Origin: Marsupella aquatica
Lineage: Eukaryota; Plantae; Marchantiophyta
Assembly (NCBI GenBank): GCA_973895155.1
Contig: OZ316897.1
Location: 5,903,327 to 5,967,326, forward strand
DNA length: 64,000 bases
Reading direction: 5' to 3'
A model generated the notes under the pieces. That model was not told where the DNA came from, did no database searches, and saw nothing but the letters and a program-made list of their open reading frames with translations. Below are positions 38,325 through 50,029 of this stretch, in pieces (the first letter of the stretch is position 1; every line of letters begins with the position of its first letter). The translations under genes and the position numbers were made by a program.

Positions 38325-39928
38325 CCCAAGGGGAAGGTAATAGTTCCGGTTGACGCCACAAGTACCAGGAAGAAAAGAAAGAGAGCTATCGAAGGTGGAC
38401 CTTCTTCAAGGGAGAGTGTTGCAGCATCTGGTGTCCAACGTGAAGTTGGAAACTTCAAAACTAGAGTGTCTCGTCATGCCATGGTTGAGACAAGCATATC
38501 CAAATTTTTTGACTTGACTTTCAACAAGGGGGAAAAACCTGAATGGGTTAGTAATGTGGAGAAGTGGGGGAAGGATCTCGTTAAGTCGGGATATAAAGAG
38601 AAGGGTGTTTTGCGGGGAGGAAAAGAAAGATCGTTTGGAGTGGATGCGGGTTTCATTTAATTACCAACCGGGTTCAAACCAACGATCATAGATAAGAAGG
38701 TTCCTAAATGGAACACTCCAGATCACTCCATGGCTAGATCTTTTTTCAAGTCCATGGATCCATTTCTATCAGATGATGGATTCCTTGCAATTCTACACAA
38801 TGGGGAGTATGATCCCATGTCTCAAGTCATTGCTGCATGTCAGGAATCGAGAAAATTTCAGTGCATATGCACGCATAATGTTGTAATGTCTGTCCTGATG
38901 TACGCGGCAAAGACAGACTGTCAAGTAATCATGTACTCTTAACTATGTCGCATTTTGAAATATAACTCGTTTAACCTGGAGTTGCCAACTGACACTTGGG
39001 ATTGCTTTCCGCAGATGTTTACCCTCAGGCTGGACATATTTGGTCGAATTAATGGGAAATGCAAAATTCCCAAAGACCCTAAATTCCGTCCACTCTCCAT
39101 CAGTGAGGACCCCTTGGTCACCAATTTGATCGGACTCCCTTCTCTCAAATCCGACCCATTCCCGCAAATGGAGTTTTCTGGAAATGCTCGCCTGTCTGTT
39201 GGGTTTATGCAATCTATCATTGAGCTTGTCACCCGACCTCGTGATATTTTTATGGATTGGACCGCTGGGGCTGGAAGCTCCTTCATTGCTGGAGACTTCT
39301 CCGGGAGGTTTGTGCTCGGGATAGAACATAGAAAAGAATTTATTGAAACCACTTCGAAGGTTTTCATGGATTTGTTGTCTCCCAAAGAGATTGCGGTTTT
39401 ACCTCCACCTATTCCTATTGCCGACAGAAAGAAGCGAGATAAGCTTCGGTCGGTACTCAATTTTGATTCTGATGATGAGTCCAGTGAAGGTGGAGATGGA
39501 GAGGAACAAGGTACAGGGGACTCGGAGGAGGAAAAGGAAGAACCTCGTCGATCTCCTGATGAAACGGATAGTGATGACTCTTCCGAGTAATGTTCATAAA
39601 CTCGTAAGCTTCTTTCTCCATTCCCGTCAATTTATAACATTGATGTATTGTTTTGGAGAAAGGCACCTAACTTCCTGGATTTTGTTTGATCAGGTCAGAG
39701 TGGAATGCGAGGAGACGTTTCAAACTGCGAAGGAGGGTTCCTAGACACAACATAGAAACACCTGAAAAACCTTTTGTTCTTCCCTCCTATGCAGAGAAAG
39801 CCGCAAGGAAAGCTGAGAGTACAAGGACGCTTTGCTGGGAAAACAAAGGTCTTCGGTTACGAAGGGGTGTTGACAGGAAGTTCATTAAACATCCTTGTGT
39901 TGATGACTCTCCCGCAGCCAGTACGTAG
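38325..39928 (+). pseudogene. 5'-truncated, intron-containing gene for a beta-class DNA amino-methyltransferase-like (N6_N4_Mtase-like) protein with an acidic tail
   Basis: One frame across predicted GT-AG introns 38925-39014 and 39587-39693, with one internal stop (TAA 38658-38660). VDAGFI*LPTG (motif IV position), FFKSMDPFLSDDGFLAILH, then IIELVTRPRDIFMDWTAGAGSSFIAGDFSGRFVLGIEHRKEFIE (motif X, motif I, GRxxLGIE). Confidence 0.7.
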
Positions 39929-40337
39929 ATGATGAGGTTGTGTCCACGGACAAATCCGAGAGTACAGATTCTGGTTCCGAATCAGAATCTGCAGAATTGT
40001 GACACGTATTGAGGAATTTAGGGAGTAATTTTTTACCAACGCCTGGCGCTAGTACCAACTTGTATTCAAATCCTCTCATTGAGTCCTTATAAATGAATGT
40101 CTGATTCCTTGTGTTTTTTACAAGCGCCAGGCGCTTGCCAAATGGTGATTCATAAAGTGAATATTTCCGGCTCTTATTTGTTTAACATGGCCGTTTGGTC
40201 TTTGTCGTGTCCTACCAAGGGTCATCAGAATGAGACAAATAGTAGTCAATACATAGTATAATATACGTTTTGGATACCAACGGCCATTTCATTTAGGTCC
40301 GTTATTTTTCCAAAGAAACCCATATCGGCTGTATTCA

Positions 40338-40464
40338 GACGATATTTTTGGATCTCTAGGATGACATTCGGATCTCTTGTTGACAGTTTTTTTGCACGAC
40401 ATTTTCGGATCTCTTGTTGACGGCATCTCTCTCGGATGATATTTTAGGATCTCTTTTTGTGGTG
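40338..40464. repeat. Four subterminal GGATCTCT-core repeats and a CACTA-like right terminus
   Basis: Units GACGATATTTTTGGATCTCT, GATGACATTCGGATCTCTTGTTGAC, CACGACATTTTCGGATCTCTTGTTGAC and GATGATATTTTAGGATCTCT run into TTTTTGTGGTG (reverse complement CACCACAAAAA; canonical is CACTACAAAAA). TGTGGTG could instead be the start of a neighbouring LTR. Confidence 0.55.
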
Positions 40465-41259
40465 CGTCCCATGGCTCCCTAAACCCAAGAAACCCCCCAG
40501 CTCAAGCCAATTCCCGCAGGTTTCGCGCTTGGCGAGGCCGTTTCCGCGGCTTAGCGGCATGGGACGCTGCTTACTTCCTTCTACTACTACTATTAACATT
40601 TTACACACATATACTGGATAGATCCTTCATCGGGTCATGAGATACGTAGCCGACCTAATCTAGGCCTTCCCTTGTCTTCCCCTCCATCTTGTTAGGTATA
40701 TATGTTTGGATTCCGCCGCCGAAATGATCCCCAATAGGCTTGGTTAAGCCGCTAAGACCTCTCTCAGCTCGACACGTCCAACTCTCTCACTCCCTTGCTT
40801 ACTTTCCTTCCTTCTAGTTGATGTGGGCACTCTTCACACAAGTTAATACGACACACAAATAGCAAAATGACTCCTTCTGACTGAGTCATACCATGCACTT
40901 GCCATACAAACAGTACATCTCATACACAAGCTCTGCGAACTAAGCCGTGAGGCCAACTCTATTCAGCTCTTAGGCATGAGGAAACATGAATATACACAAG
41001 GTCACGGTATGACTAACCGAGAGCTTCTCTTACTACTTGATCCCAGCCCGGCTGGTGCAAACTAAAAACTTGCTAAAGAAGAGACCCTGAGCTCCCCGCT
41101 GCCCAGGTATTTATCCTGGCAGTGGATCTGTCCAGAACTTCGCTGCGTAAGCTTAATCTATCCTACCTGTAATCTATCTAACTGTACAGCGAGGCAGGAA
41201 CACAACTGTTGCTCCTGCCAGTGGAACCGCAATCCCACTAAGCTAAGTGTCAGGGCCGC

Positions 41260-44200
41260 CTCCTGGTCCTGATCCTAATCCTAAACTTGGAGATCATCGC
41301 CCGCCCTGCCCACTCACGCCTCCTACCTCCACGTTCGCCCTTCCTAAAAGGAACGACGCCCTTGCACTGTCACGACACCGATGGTGGATCCTCAATGGAC
41401 GCCCCCAACGCTTCCTCCTCAGCCACTGTCGTAGGTTCATTCTCTGACAGATTACCTGCCCTTGACTGAGTCAACTCTCCATCGGCCTGACTGGGTCTAC
41501 CATCGGCATCGGCGTCGGCTCGGGAATCATTCTCGGCTACAGCCTCAGCCTCAGCTATGGTCTCCCCGCCTGCTCAAGAGGCGGATCTGGGATACCGGCC
41601 TCATTATTGAGTAGTTCGGCTTGGGCCGCGCCATCCCCACCTTTGGTGATAGCGGGATCTATTGCCGTGTTCATGCCGGAGGTTGGTGCTGGGTCTACCT
41701 CCTTGGTCACCACGGCCAGTGGAGTTGTATTACTCCTTGACCCTGAAGGTTTCCGCTTCTTCTTCTTTTCTGGTTTGGCAGCTGGTCCCTTCCCCTTCCC
41801 ACTTACTTTCGTCACTGGTGCAGGTGGCGCGGCTTGTTCTTCGGCCAATACCACTCCTGGTAACTTGGTTGCCCCAATTGGAGTTGGGCCTGATGAAGAC
41901 AAGCACTTAAATACCGCGGCTTGTTTCTTCAGCCGCTCTGTTTGGTTGTCGGCCCGCCACTGTAGGTTCTCCATCTTCCTCGTGATTTCCTCCAACTCCT
42001 CTTGGGTCTCATCCAGGTCCTTGCGCGCCTCTTCTAGCTCATTTTTGGCTTCCTCCAATTCCCTGTGGGCTTCCTCCAATTCCTTCTTGGTGGTAGCCCT
42101 CTCCTCCCGGGTTGCTCTTAGCTCCTTGTCGAGCTCTGCAATGATGACAGACTCCATCTGGTTCATCTTGGCGTAAGTTTGATCGAGCATCTCGTCCTTC
42201 TCCCGTAGGTCGGCCTTGAAGCTGGCCGTCAGGGACGCAAGCTCCTGCTGCAGCGCCATAATCCCTTGATAGGATTTCCCTAACTCGGCCTCCTTCTGCT
42301 CAAGGGCTCCGCGGATTTTCTCGAGCTCCCCCTTCAACGCCCATTCCTTTCTTTGGGTCTCCGCCATGGCCCGGTTGTTGGCTGTTATGTGGGCCTCCTC
42401 TGCATTCCTCAGCTCTCGCTTCCACTTCTCCCTCTCTTTGATCGTATCGGCCAACTCTCCTTGGATCCGCGTCAGTAGATTCTCGATCATCCAATTATCA
42501 GATTGTGCGGTATCCAACTGGCCCTGCATGATATTTAGCTCATGCCACTTAATCCGCAGCTCATCTTGGGCTTTCTTGGCCACCCTCAGGTCCTTGATTT
42601 TGGCTTTCCTTTCCCTAAGCCGACGGATGACCTCGTCCTTCTTGCTTCTTTCCAAGGCCACCGCTTCTTCTAATTGGCGCTTCTCCAACATCTCCCTCTG
42701 GAAAAAGGGTCCCTGCTTCAACTCCTCCCCAAATATGCTGAGTGCCAGTTCTCCATACATCTCCCCGTACTCCATGGCTCTGTCTTTAGCATAGGTGGAG
42801 GAAGTAGAAGTCATCGGCATCATCCACCGCGGCCTCTGCTCCCAAGCCGTCTTGCGGATCTCTTCAATCGTGGCTAGAGGTTTGCTTCCTTTTTTGGCTA
42901 GCCGCTTGATGTCCTCCGGCCAATCTCCTCCTGGCAAATCCTTTTCTCTAGCCAGGGCTGCCTCCTCTTCCTGCCTGATTCACTCCTGAAATTCCTGCGC
43001 CATCTGTTTTATGCCGTCAAAGCTCGGGGGAGCAACATCTGGTGGGGGAGACTCAGGGCTACTCTACTGGTTGGGGTCCCCTCGTACTACCCTTGGAAGT
43101 GTGGGGATAAACCGGCCACAGGTCCTTATCCTGGAGCCTGATGGTCCGACCCATAGCCGGAGTTATCATGGCTGCAGTCCTCCACTGCCTCCTCTACTTC
43201 TTGGACTTCCGGCTTCTCCCTCTCCTCTTCGTCCGTAGGAGCTTCAGGCAATTATGCCTCAGATTCAGAGCTTGAGACTCCCACGTACATTCGAACACCC
43301 GGCTTGGATTCTGGCCTGATTCTCTCCTTGTCTCCAGTAAAGGGGTTTTCCCTTGTAAGCCGGTGTAGGCCTACCTCTGGAGCAGTGTCCTGCATTGTTG
43401 CTGTTGCCGATGCCGATCTCTTTTCTTTCTCCAGTAGTTTCAGCAGATTCTGCATGCCTGGTTGCTGCATCGGCAAGTCCTCCGTCCTTGGCCTAAACAC
43501 CTGCTCAATCGTAGGGCTAACAGGTGGTTGAGGCTTCTCTGCTACCGGCCTCGGTGCTGGAGCTTCCTCGGGTGCCCTTACCTGCAGGGGAAGTACTGGG
43601 GCAAAGGTCTGACCTCTGGCATACCGCACAACAGCGACATATGATAGCCAAGCCGCGACACGCTCCCCATGCCGATTACCTGTTGCTCCTCCTTTAAGAT
43701 CTTCTTCAATTGGTTGAGGAGGTACCCGTTGTAGTCCCGGCTTGGGTCTGGCCTCTCTGCCAGATAGACCTGTGCCTTGCCGATCTCTGCCCTCGGCAAG
43801 TTACAGTGCATGGTCACCCGCAAGAAGTCGATCATCTCTCCTATGTGTGGGTTGGTGCAGGTGTTCCGGAAGAAGCCATTCTTCGTTGATGGCCCGGGGA
43901 ACGACCGGAACTCCTTGTCAGGCAAGGTCTTCCTGGTATCAACTTTGGTCTTATTGCCTATCGGCAAGCCAAACACTTCGGCAATCACCTTGGGAGTAAG
44001 ATAGAAATCCTTCCCATATATCCTCGTGCAATTGGTCTCGGGTTCCCATGACCCCACGAATTCTAATAGGTCTGAATCCGGCACCTCCGGCTTCAACCAT
44101 GGTAATCTTACAAAGGCCTCTAAGTCGGATCCGGCCATGAAGCCTTGGTACTTCTTGGTCTGCATGGCCGTAAAGCATGCATCCTCCTCCCGTGCAAAAT

Positions 44201-45017
44201 GTAGTTGCACCTCCACCGGTAGGGTTGCCACCCAGCCTTTCTAGGTGTCATCCCTGGTTGGAATGGCATTGATGGGATCGACCTCCTCCTCTTTGGCTTC
44301 TCCCTGCCTCCTGCTCTGCTGCTCGGCTGGCTTCCTTGGTGCCGCCGACCTCGTTCTTTTTGCCGGTGTGGCTTCATTGTTGACGGCTCCCTTCCTCTTC
44401 ATCTCTGCTGCCGTGGAGGTTTCTCCTAGCACCGTTGCCGGGGTCCACCTTTCCGTGCTACCCTTCAATTCCCAGTGTATGTCATTGCAGTTCTTGATGG
44501 CCTCTCGAATGCCGATGATTCTGTCTTCACAAAACAGAAGATCATCGAGCTGATTGGAAGTAGGAGTCCACAAGAACTTGGCGTTGATGAGTTTGCCTCC
44601 TAAGAAAGCCGTCTTCTGCAGCTCCCACAATCGAGCGAGCTCCTGCCGTTCTCGAGCGGCCCTTTCTGATTCCTCGTCCTCGTAAGTCTTGATGTACTCA
44701 GTTGCCCGTTCGAACAGGCATCCCCCAAAATGTGCCGCTTGATTGACGTTGCTCATACCCTCCTTAGGTTGATCGTCGGTATCTACTCTCTCCCCGAGTG
44801 CTTGCCTAAGCAGCTGACAGTAGTTGGCCTCCCGTAGTCATCTACCTAGTTCGTGCTCGCAAATGAGCCACCATCTCCTGCAAGCGCTCCTTACCCCTCT
44901 CCTCTTCCGGTCCTTCCTCTTGTTGATCCTTCCTAGCCACCGACGCTTAACGCGCCCTAACCCTAATCGAGTTTTCACCCCCAGCGTCCTTACCTCCGGC
45001 CTCGGCCCGGGTTCCAT
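41260..45017 (-). pseudogene. Degenerate large accessory ORF, copy B (PMD-like domain plus long coiled coil)
   Basis: ATG at 45017 (TATAAA ~20 nt upstream) is in frame with 44241-44756 and 43578-44231 through two stops, then shifts into 43252-43629 and 41555-42937. EFVGSWEPETNCTRIYGKDFYLTPKVIAEVFGLPIG resembles the PMD consensus (ERWxPETHTF..xTLxDVxxxLGLPI). Confidence 0.65.
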
Positions 45018-46262
45018 GGTTGCCCCTAATTGTTTATATTTTCCTTGTTTTGTCCCTATACTAAGGTGTTTCTAGGGTGCATTCCTGCTTTACCCACTTA
45101 ACTGGCCGAGTGATTCCTGGCTAGGCATCACACTTTTTGATGACAATTTTCAAGGACGACACTTGTCACGGACAACAAGTTTTCGGACAGGCGACTATTT
45201 TGAGACCGACACCCATTTGCAGCCACTTTGCGGACCTTTTGCGTACATTTTTTGCATTTTTTAGAGGGGAAGTTGTAGCAAGGTGATAAAGAGATAAATG
45301 ACTATTTACTCCTTAACAACTCGATTTCGTTCCGGTTAGGAGTGGATAAGATCGAAAAGACCTAATTAACACAATTTGAGAAGTTTATACCAACATTCTT
45401 AGGTTGGAGAGATTTTTAATGATCTCCTTAACATAAGTGTTTAACCACAAACTCAAATGAGTAATCCTTAGGATTCACAGTGCAATAATAAAGACTAGAA
45501 TTAACAAAGATTGAAACTAGAGGGAGAGTAGATAGGAGTTTTCAAAGTGCAAGAGAATTGAATTTCTGACCATCACCACTCCTTCAATAAGGATTATGGC
45601 CTAATTTAAGATTCAGAAATCAACATTTTCTATGCTTTTTGATTTCTCGTAGTAACTCTTCTCCATCTCTTGAATTTAGAAGACAACAATGTAAATCAAC
45701 CCGAGACACTTTTCTGGTCGTGCTTAAGACGATACTAGGATACTCGAATTGGTTTACTTCTCCTACAATCCTTAAGATTGCTTGTTTGAGTTTTGTGCAA
45801 ATGTCAATTTCCTCTTTGGTGAATCTTCCAAATGTATTGATCACAAATCTCATTGATCTTTCAATATCATTAAGGCACACTCTAGCATTCATTGAACACT
45901 TCACAACAACTCAAGGGTTGCTAAAACTTCTTCCTTTTACTCAACCATGGTAAAAAGAAGGGAAGAAAGACATAGATTCCTTCAAAGGCAATGAGGAAAT
46001 CAAATGTATATTTTCTCTCTCTCTCGGTTAACTTTGGGTTCTCCTCCTTTTGTACTAAAAGTGGAGATTATGAAAAGACATGCCTCTTCAAAACCCAAGT
46101 CTAAAGAAATATGTAAATAAAAGTGAACTATCCTAGTCAAAAATGGAGTAGAGTCTCCAATGGATACATCAACAAAATACTGGAGTCTACTTACTCATAT
46201 ACTAATCTATATAACTATTTCTAAGTCTAAACTAATGTGGTTCTAACTCTCTAAATATAACT

Positions 46263-48005
46263 CTATTCTGGTCCTGGCTTTTGGGAAGGAACCTCCTCAG
46301 GGTTAGCCATGGCAAGGGGTTCTGGTCGAAGGAAAACTCCCTGCTGACCAGTGGTAAAAGGGATGGACGGGTCAATATCCATGTTCTCCTGATGGGCACT
46401 TGGGTCATGAGAATAAGTGTAAGAATGGGAGTGGAAGTGTGTACTGGGAGTGGGGAAACCAGGAGGGTTGAGGGGTGATGAGGGGCCAGTGGAATAGACT
46501 CCTTCATGAGGACTATGAGAGAAAGATCTGGTAGTAAAGGGAGGAATCTCAGTATCAGCTAATAGCTCCTCTGTAGTCAAGTCACTCATCTCCCTTAAGG
46601 CTTCACAGGTCTTTGAGAGGCCTGTAAGTGCATCATCCACCTTGGTACTCACATCTACCACTAAATGGTTAATCTTGGAGAAAAGGATGGGTGTGGTGTT
46701 CTTGGCCAAATACTCATCATAAATCTGGGCCTTAAGAAGATCCAGAGAAGCTATCTTAGTCAAAGGTTCAACCAGATCCAAAGATTGAGTGATACTGAGT
46801 TGGAGAGTATGCTCAAGCTCATTCTTCTTCTTACTCCTTTCCAATTGTTGTTTGAGTTCAGATACCTTCTTCTTGAGAAACTCATTCTCCTTCTCCAACT
46901 TCCTCTTATCTGTGGCATCACTCATGGTGGAGATCTTCTCAAGAATCTGCCCTGGTTTCACTCCTAACTTCTGAGAAATGTCAGTGATGGCCTTCTCCAT
47001 CACAGTGGTCTTCCTCTTCACCTTCTGGAATGTGTCTGAGATGATCTGGAAATCAGCTAGGGTGTCTAGGGAGGCATGGCCGGGTGCATCCGGAAATTCA
47101 GCCGGATTGACAAAGGCCGGGTCGGAAAAGTCTGGGTCGAGGTTCCGGGCAGCAGACCGGGTCTTTCGAGGATTTGTCTTTGCTGGCTCCTCATCCTCAC
47201 TGTCATCAGAAGTGGCCTGGGTGATATCTGGATCTGTCTCTCCATACTTTATGAAGTTGAACTTGGCCAATAGTAATTTCTTCTCCTCTCTGAACAAAAC
47301 TCCTTCAAAGCTATATAGATGTACCAGGTAGCAGGAGAGGGGAGTAGGACTCTTATTGGACAGGTTCTGCACCAACTTCCTTATCAGATCAAAGATAAGC
47401 TTAGCCCAGTTGACTTTTCTTTCTCCCTTGTAAGCAGCAACAATGGTAGAGCCAACTCCAACAGTAACTCTTCTTGGCTTCTTAGGATACAGCAGGGGTA
47501 GCAGGAAGCTAAAGACTCGTTTCAGATCAGGATCCAAACACTTAGAAACATTGAACCCGTCCTTACTATTGATGGCTCCTTTAAAGTAAGGGAGGATTAG
47601 ATTGACAGCTCTCCCCACTGGACCTTCTCCTTCATCTTCCAATACAAAAGCTCCTGCAATCATCATCTGAGTCCATCGCTCAGGTCGGCCTCTGGAGGTA
47701 TCCTTAAACTCAGCCGGATACTCCTTGGATCGGATCTCTCTGATCATATCTTCGCTCTGATAACTCCAGGGTAGCTCCATCAGAGACTCACAGCCCATCC
47801 TGAGCAAAGACTCCCTCAGTTTGACCTTCTCAGCTTCACTATCCGGAATAGCTGGCCTCAGAATTTTCATGGCAATAGGGACCTCCTTTCTCTTTGATTG
47901 TCTCACAGGGGCTTTAACCGGAGTAGGTGCCGGTGATGTTGAGGTTGAATGCCCCTTAGAGACGTGAGAAGTGGACATTCCGGCTGGATCCGCCCCTTGC
48001 TCCAT
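46263..48005 (-). CDS. Intact 580-aa TE-associated protein, copy C (PMD/plant-transposon-like domain plus coiled coil)
   Basis: Uninterrupted ORF from ATG 48005. Blocks LMELPW, RGRPERWTQMMIAGAFVL, SKDGFNVSKC, VNWAKLI and PLSCYLVHLY are colinear with copy B blocks FVRLPW, YGKDFYLTPKVIAEVFGL, TKNGFFRNTC, RDYNGYL and RLGYHMSLLC. Confidence 0.7.
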   Translation of the reverse strand: MEQGADPAGMSTSHVSKGHSTSTSPAPTPVKAPVRQSKRKEVPIAMKILRPAIPDSEAEKVKLRESLLRMGCESLMELPWSYQSEDMIREIRSKEYPAEFKDTSRGRPERWTQMMIAGAFVLEDEGEGPVGRAVNLILPYFKGAINSKDGFNVSKCLDPDLKRVFSFLLPLLYPKKPRRVTVGVGSTIVAAYKGERKVNWAKLIFDLIRKLVQNLSNKSPTPLSCYLVHLYSFEGVLFREEKKLLLAKFNFIKYGETDPDITQATSDDSEDEEPAKTNPRKTRSAARNLDPDFSDPAFVNPAEFPDAPGHASLDTLADFQIISDTFQKVKRKTTVMEKAITDISQKLGVKPGQILEKISTMSDATDKRKLEKENEFLKKKVSELKQQLERSKKKNELEHTLQLSITQSLDLVEPLTKIASLDLLKAQIYDEYLAKNTTPILFSKINHLVVDVSTKVDDALTGLSKTCEALREMSDLTTEELLADTEIPPFTTRSFSHSPHEGVYSTGPSSPLNPPGFPTPSTHFHSHSYTYSHDPSAHQENMDIDPSIPFTTGQQGVFLRPEPLAMANPEEVPSQKPGPE

Positions 48006-50029
48006 AGGATTTCTGGAAGCAGAAATTTGATTTCTGGAAAATGTTCTGCCTCCTCTACGGCAAGCTCTACAATGATGCGACTTCAGAATATTCAATCACT
48101 TCGGTGTCGACCACTGGTAGAAATGTCCGGGTCAACCTGGCCGCAACGTTTCTGATCAACTGAAAATCATTTTGGAAGAATTGCATCAAGATTTCGTCAA
48201 CCACAATGCAGGGTCATCTAACGTGGGGAAAATCTGGACTCAATCCGGCCTAAAATGATGATGTTCGGGTCGACCTGGCTTCCCTTCTCACAACCGATGT
48301 ATGCACGATCAGGATCTCAAACTTCCTGCCTTCACTCCCAGTGGTGGAGTAGGCATTCCCCTCACAACGAATCAGTCAGTACCCTCATATCCAGGCTCTC
48401 ATCATGCAATGCAAGATTGGTCCTATAATCCGGACCCAAGATCCTCTACCAAAAGGGTAGAGCCTCCTCACTCTACTGCTTAAACAGCCTAATGCGCTCG
48501 GGAGCTCAAAACCTACTAAGTTCGGCTTTGAGAGGTGTGAGAGGCCGGATCGACTCTCCTTCCTTATATCCGGATTCTGCTGTGGTTGCGCCTGTGTTTG
48601 ACTTATGGTTTTAAAAACTTTGGCAATGCACAGCTGTTATTTAGTAGGGTCGCGTTGTAAGCTTCCTTATCTCATTATGGTTTATAGGAAAAAGTTCTGG
48701 GTCGATCCTCCTTCTCTAATATCAATCCGGGTAGACCTCAGCTGGGCTTGAAAGTCTCATAACACTTCAAAGTAGTCTTCAGGTCCCTCTTCAGCCTCAT
48801 TTGAGATCTTGAACTTAAAAATTCTAAAATTTATGGTTATTTAACCCTTTTCTCATAAACATCCTTATCTCACAGAAGTTGCCACTAGATCGGATTTATT
48901 AAACATGGAGAGAAACGGTGAGCTCATGGATTGGGAGGCAGCGTTCCTCCCTTCTCGTGTGCGTCCAGAAGAGAGCCATTTCAGTTCTTTTGAGTCACGG
49001 ATGGATACTGAAGAGACTGAAACCTCTACTTTCCAAAACCATCATGCTCTACCGTATGATGAGGCTATTAGTCCTGGAGAAAAGAACATCCCGTGGATCG
49101 TCGATTCTCCACCGCTCCCATTCGCAAGCAGGTTCTCATCTCATGAGGCTGTTCCTGTTGATGGTGTACCGCCAATTGATAGGAGAGTTCAAGAAATGTT
49201 TGGGCGAGTTGACTTTAAGGACAGTAACATTCCCAATGAAACTTATACGAGGGCAGTACGTCGGGGTCCTTCTGAGAGATACATTCGATTGCGTGGTCTT
49301 GGATTGAAGAAAAATCGGAGGAGAGAAGCAGCTGGAGTGGAGGATGATTGCAACTTTGAAAGCTAGATGAAATCACTTATTTGTTGTTCCTCCCATTTTT
49401 CACGAAGAACGGCATCGCATTGTTCAGTTTGGTGATCACTTTAAGTTAGCGCCGAGCGCTGCTTAAGCTCTTTCGATGTTTCAGGATGAAGTCGCCCTCA
49501 GCTTAGTTTTTAGGGTTTTCCCCGGATGTTGTCTTTAGGAATTCCATAGTTTTTCCTGCAGTTGTTGGCTAGTGCCCAACGCTGCTTTTGTTTTATTGGA
49601 AATCCTCAGTCGGGGTCGACCATGGCTTCTGTATATCAGATGTCTAGGCCTGCAGGTTTTAAGTTATATGTGCGTTTTTTGGACCTGCGCCAAACGCGTT
49701 ATGTACTTTGCGATTATATATGGCAGTTTTATTTTTCCCCTACGCATTTTGACATATATTGGTCTCGGATTTTGTTTATCTCAATTGTGAGATGGTTTTA
49801 TTTGTTGTAAAATACATGATTCCTTCTAGTCCAATTTCCTTTCATGCGATTTGATCATCTTGATTTCTATACCAGTAGTTTGAAACGCATATTTCGTCCA
49901 CTTTTTTCATGATCACTGTTCACTGTTACCCAAACACTGTTCATTGGTAACAGTTTCTTTTTGCTGATAACAGTAACTGTTTGCTGTTACTGTTATCTGT
50001 TTGCTGTCGTTTGTAAATTCCCCCATTCA

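Noticed and set aside
41555-42937. Host myosin/SMC/tropomyosin-like gene
   Set aside because: Generic coiled coil only; part of a disrupted multi-copy TE-associated ORF.
45620-45904. Small orphan ORFs (also 5001-5246 and 48905-49366)
   Set aside because: No motifs and no homologs within the window; cannot be supported without a search.
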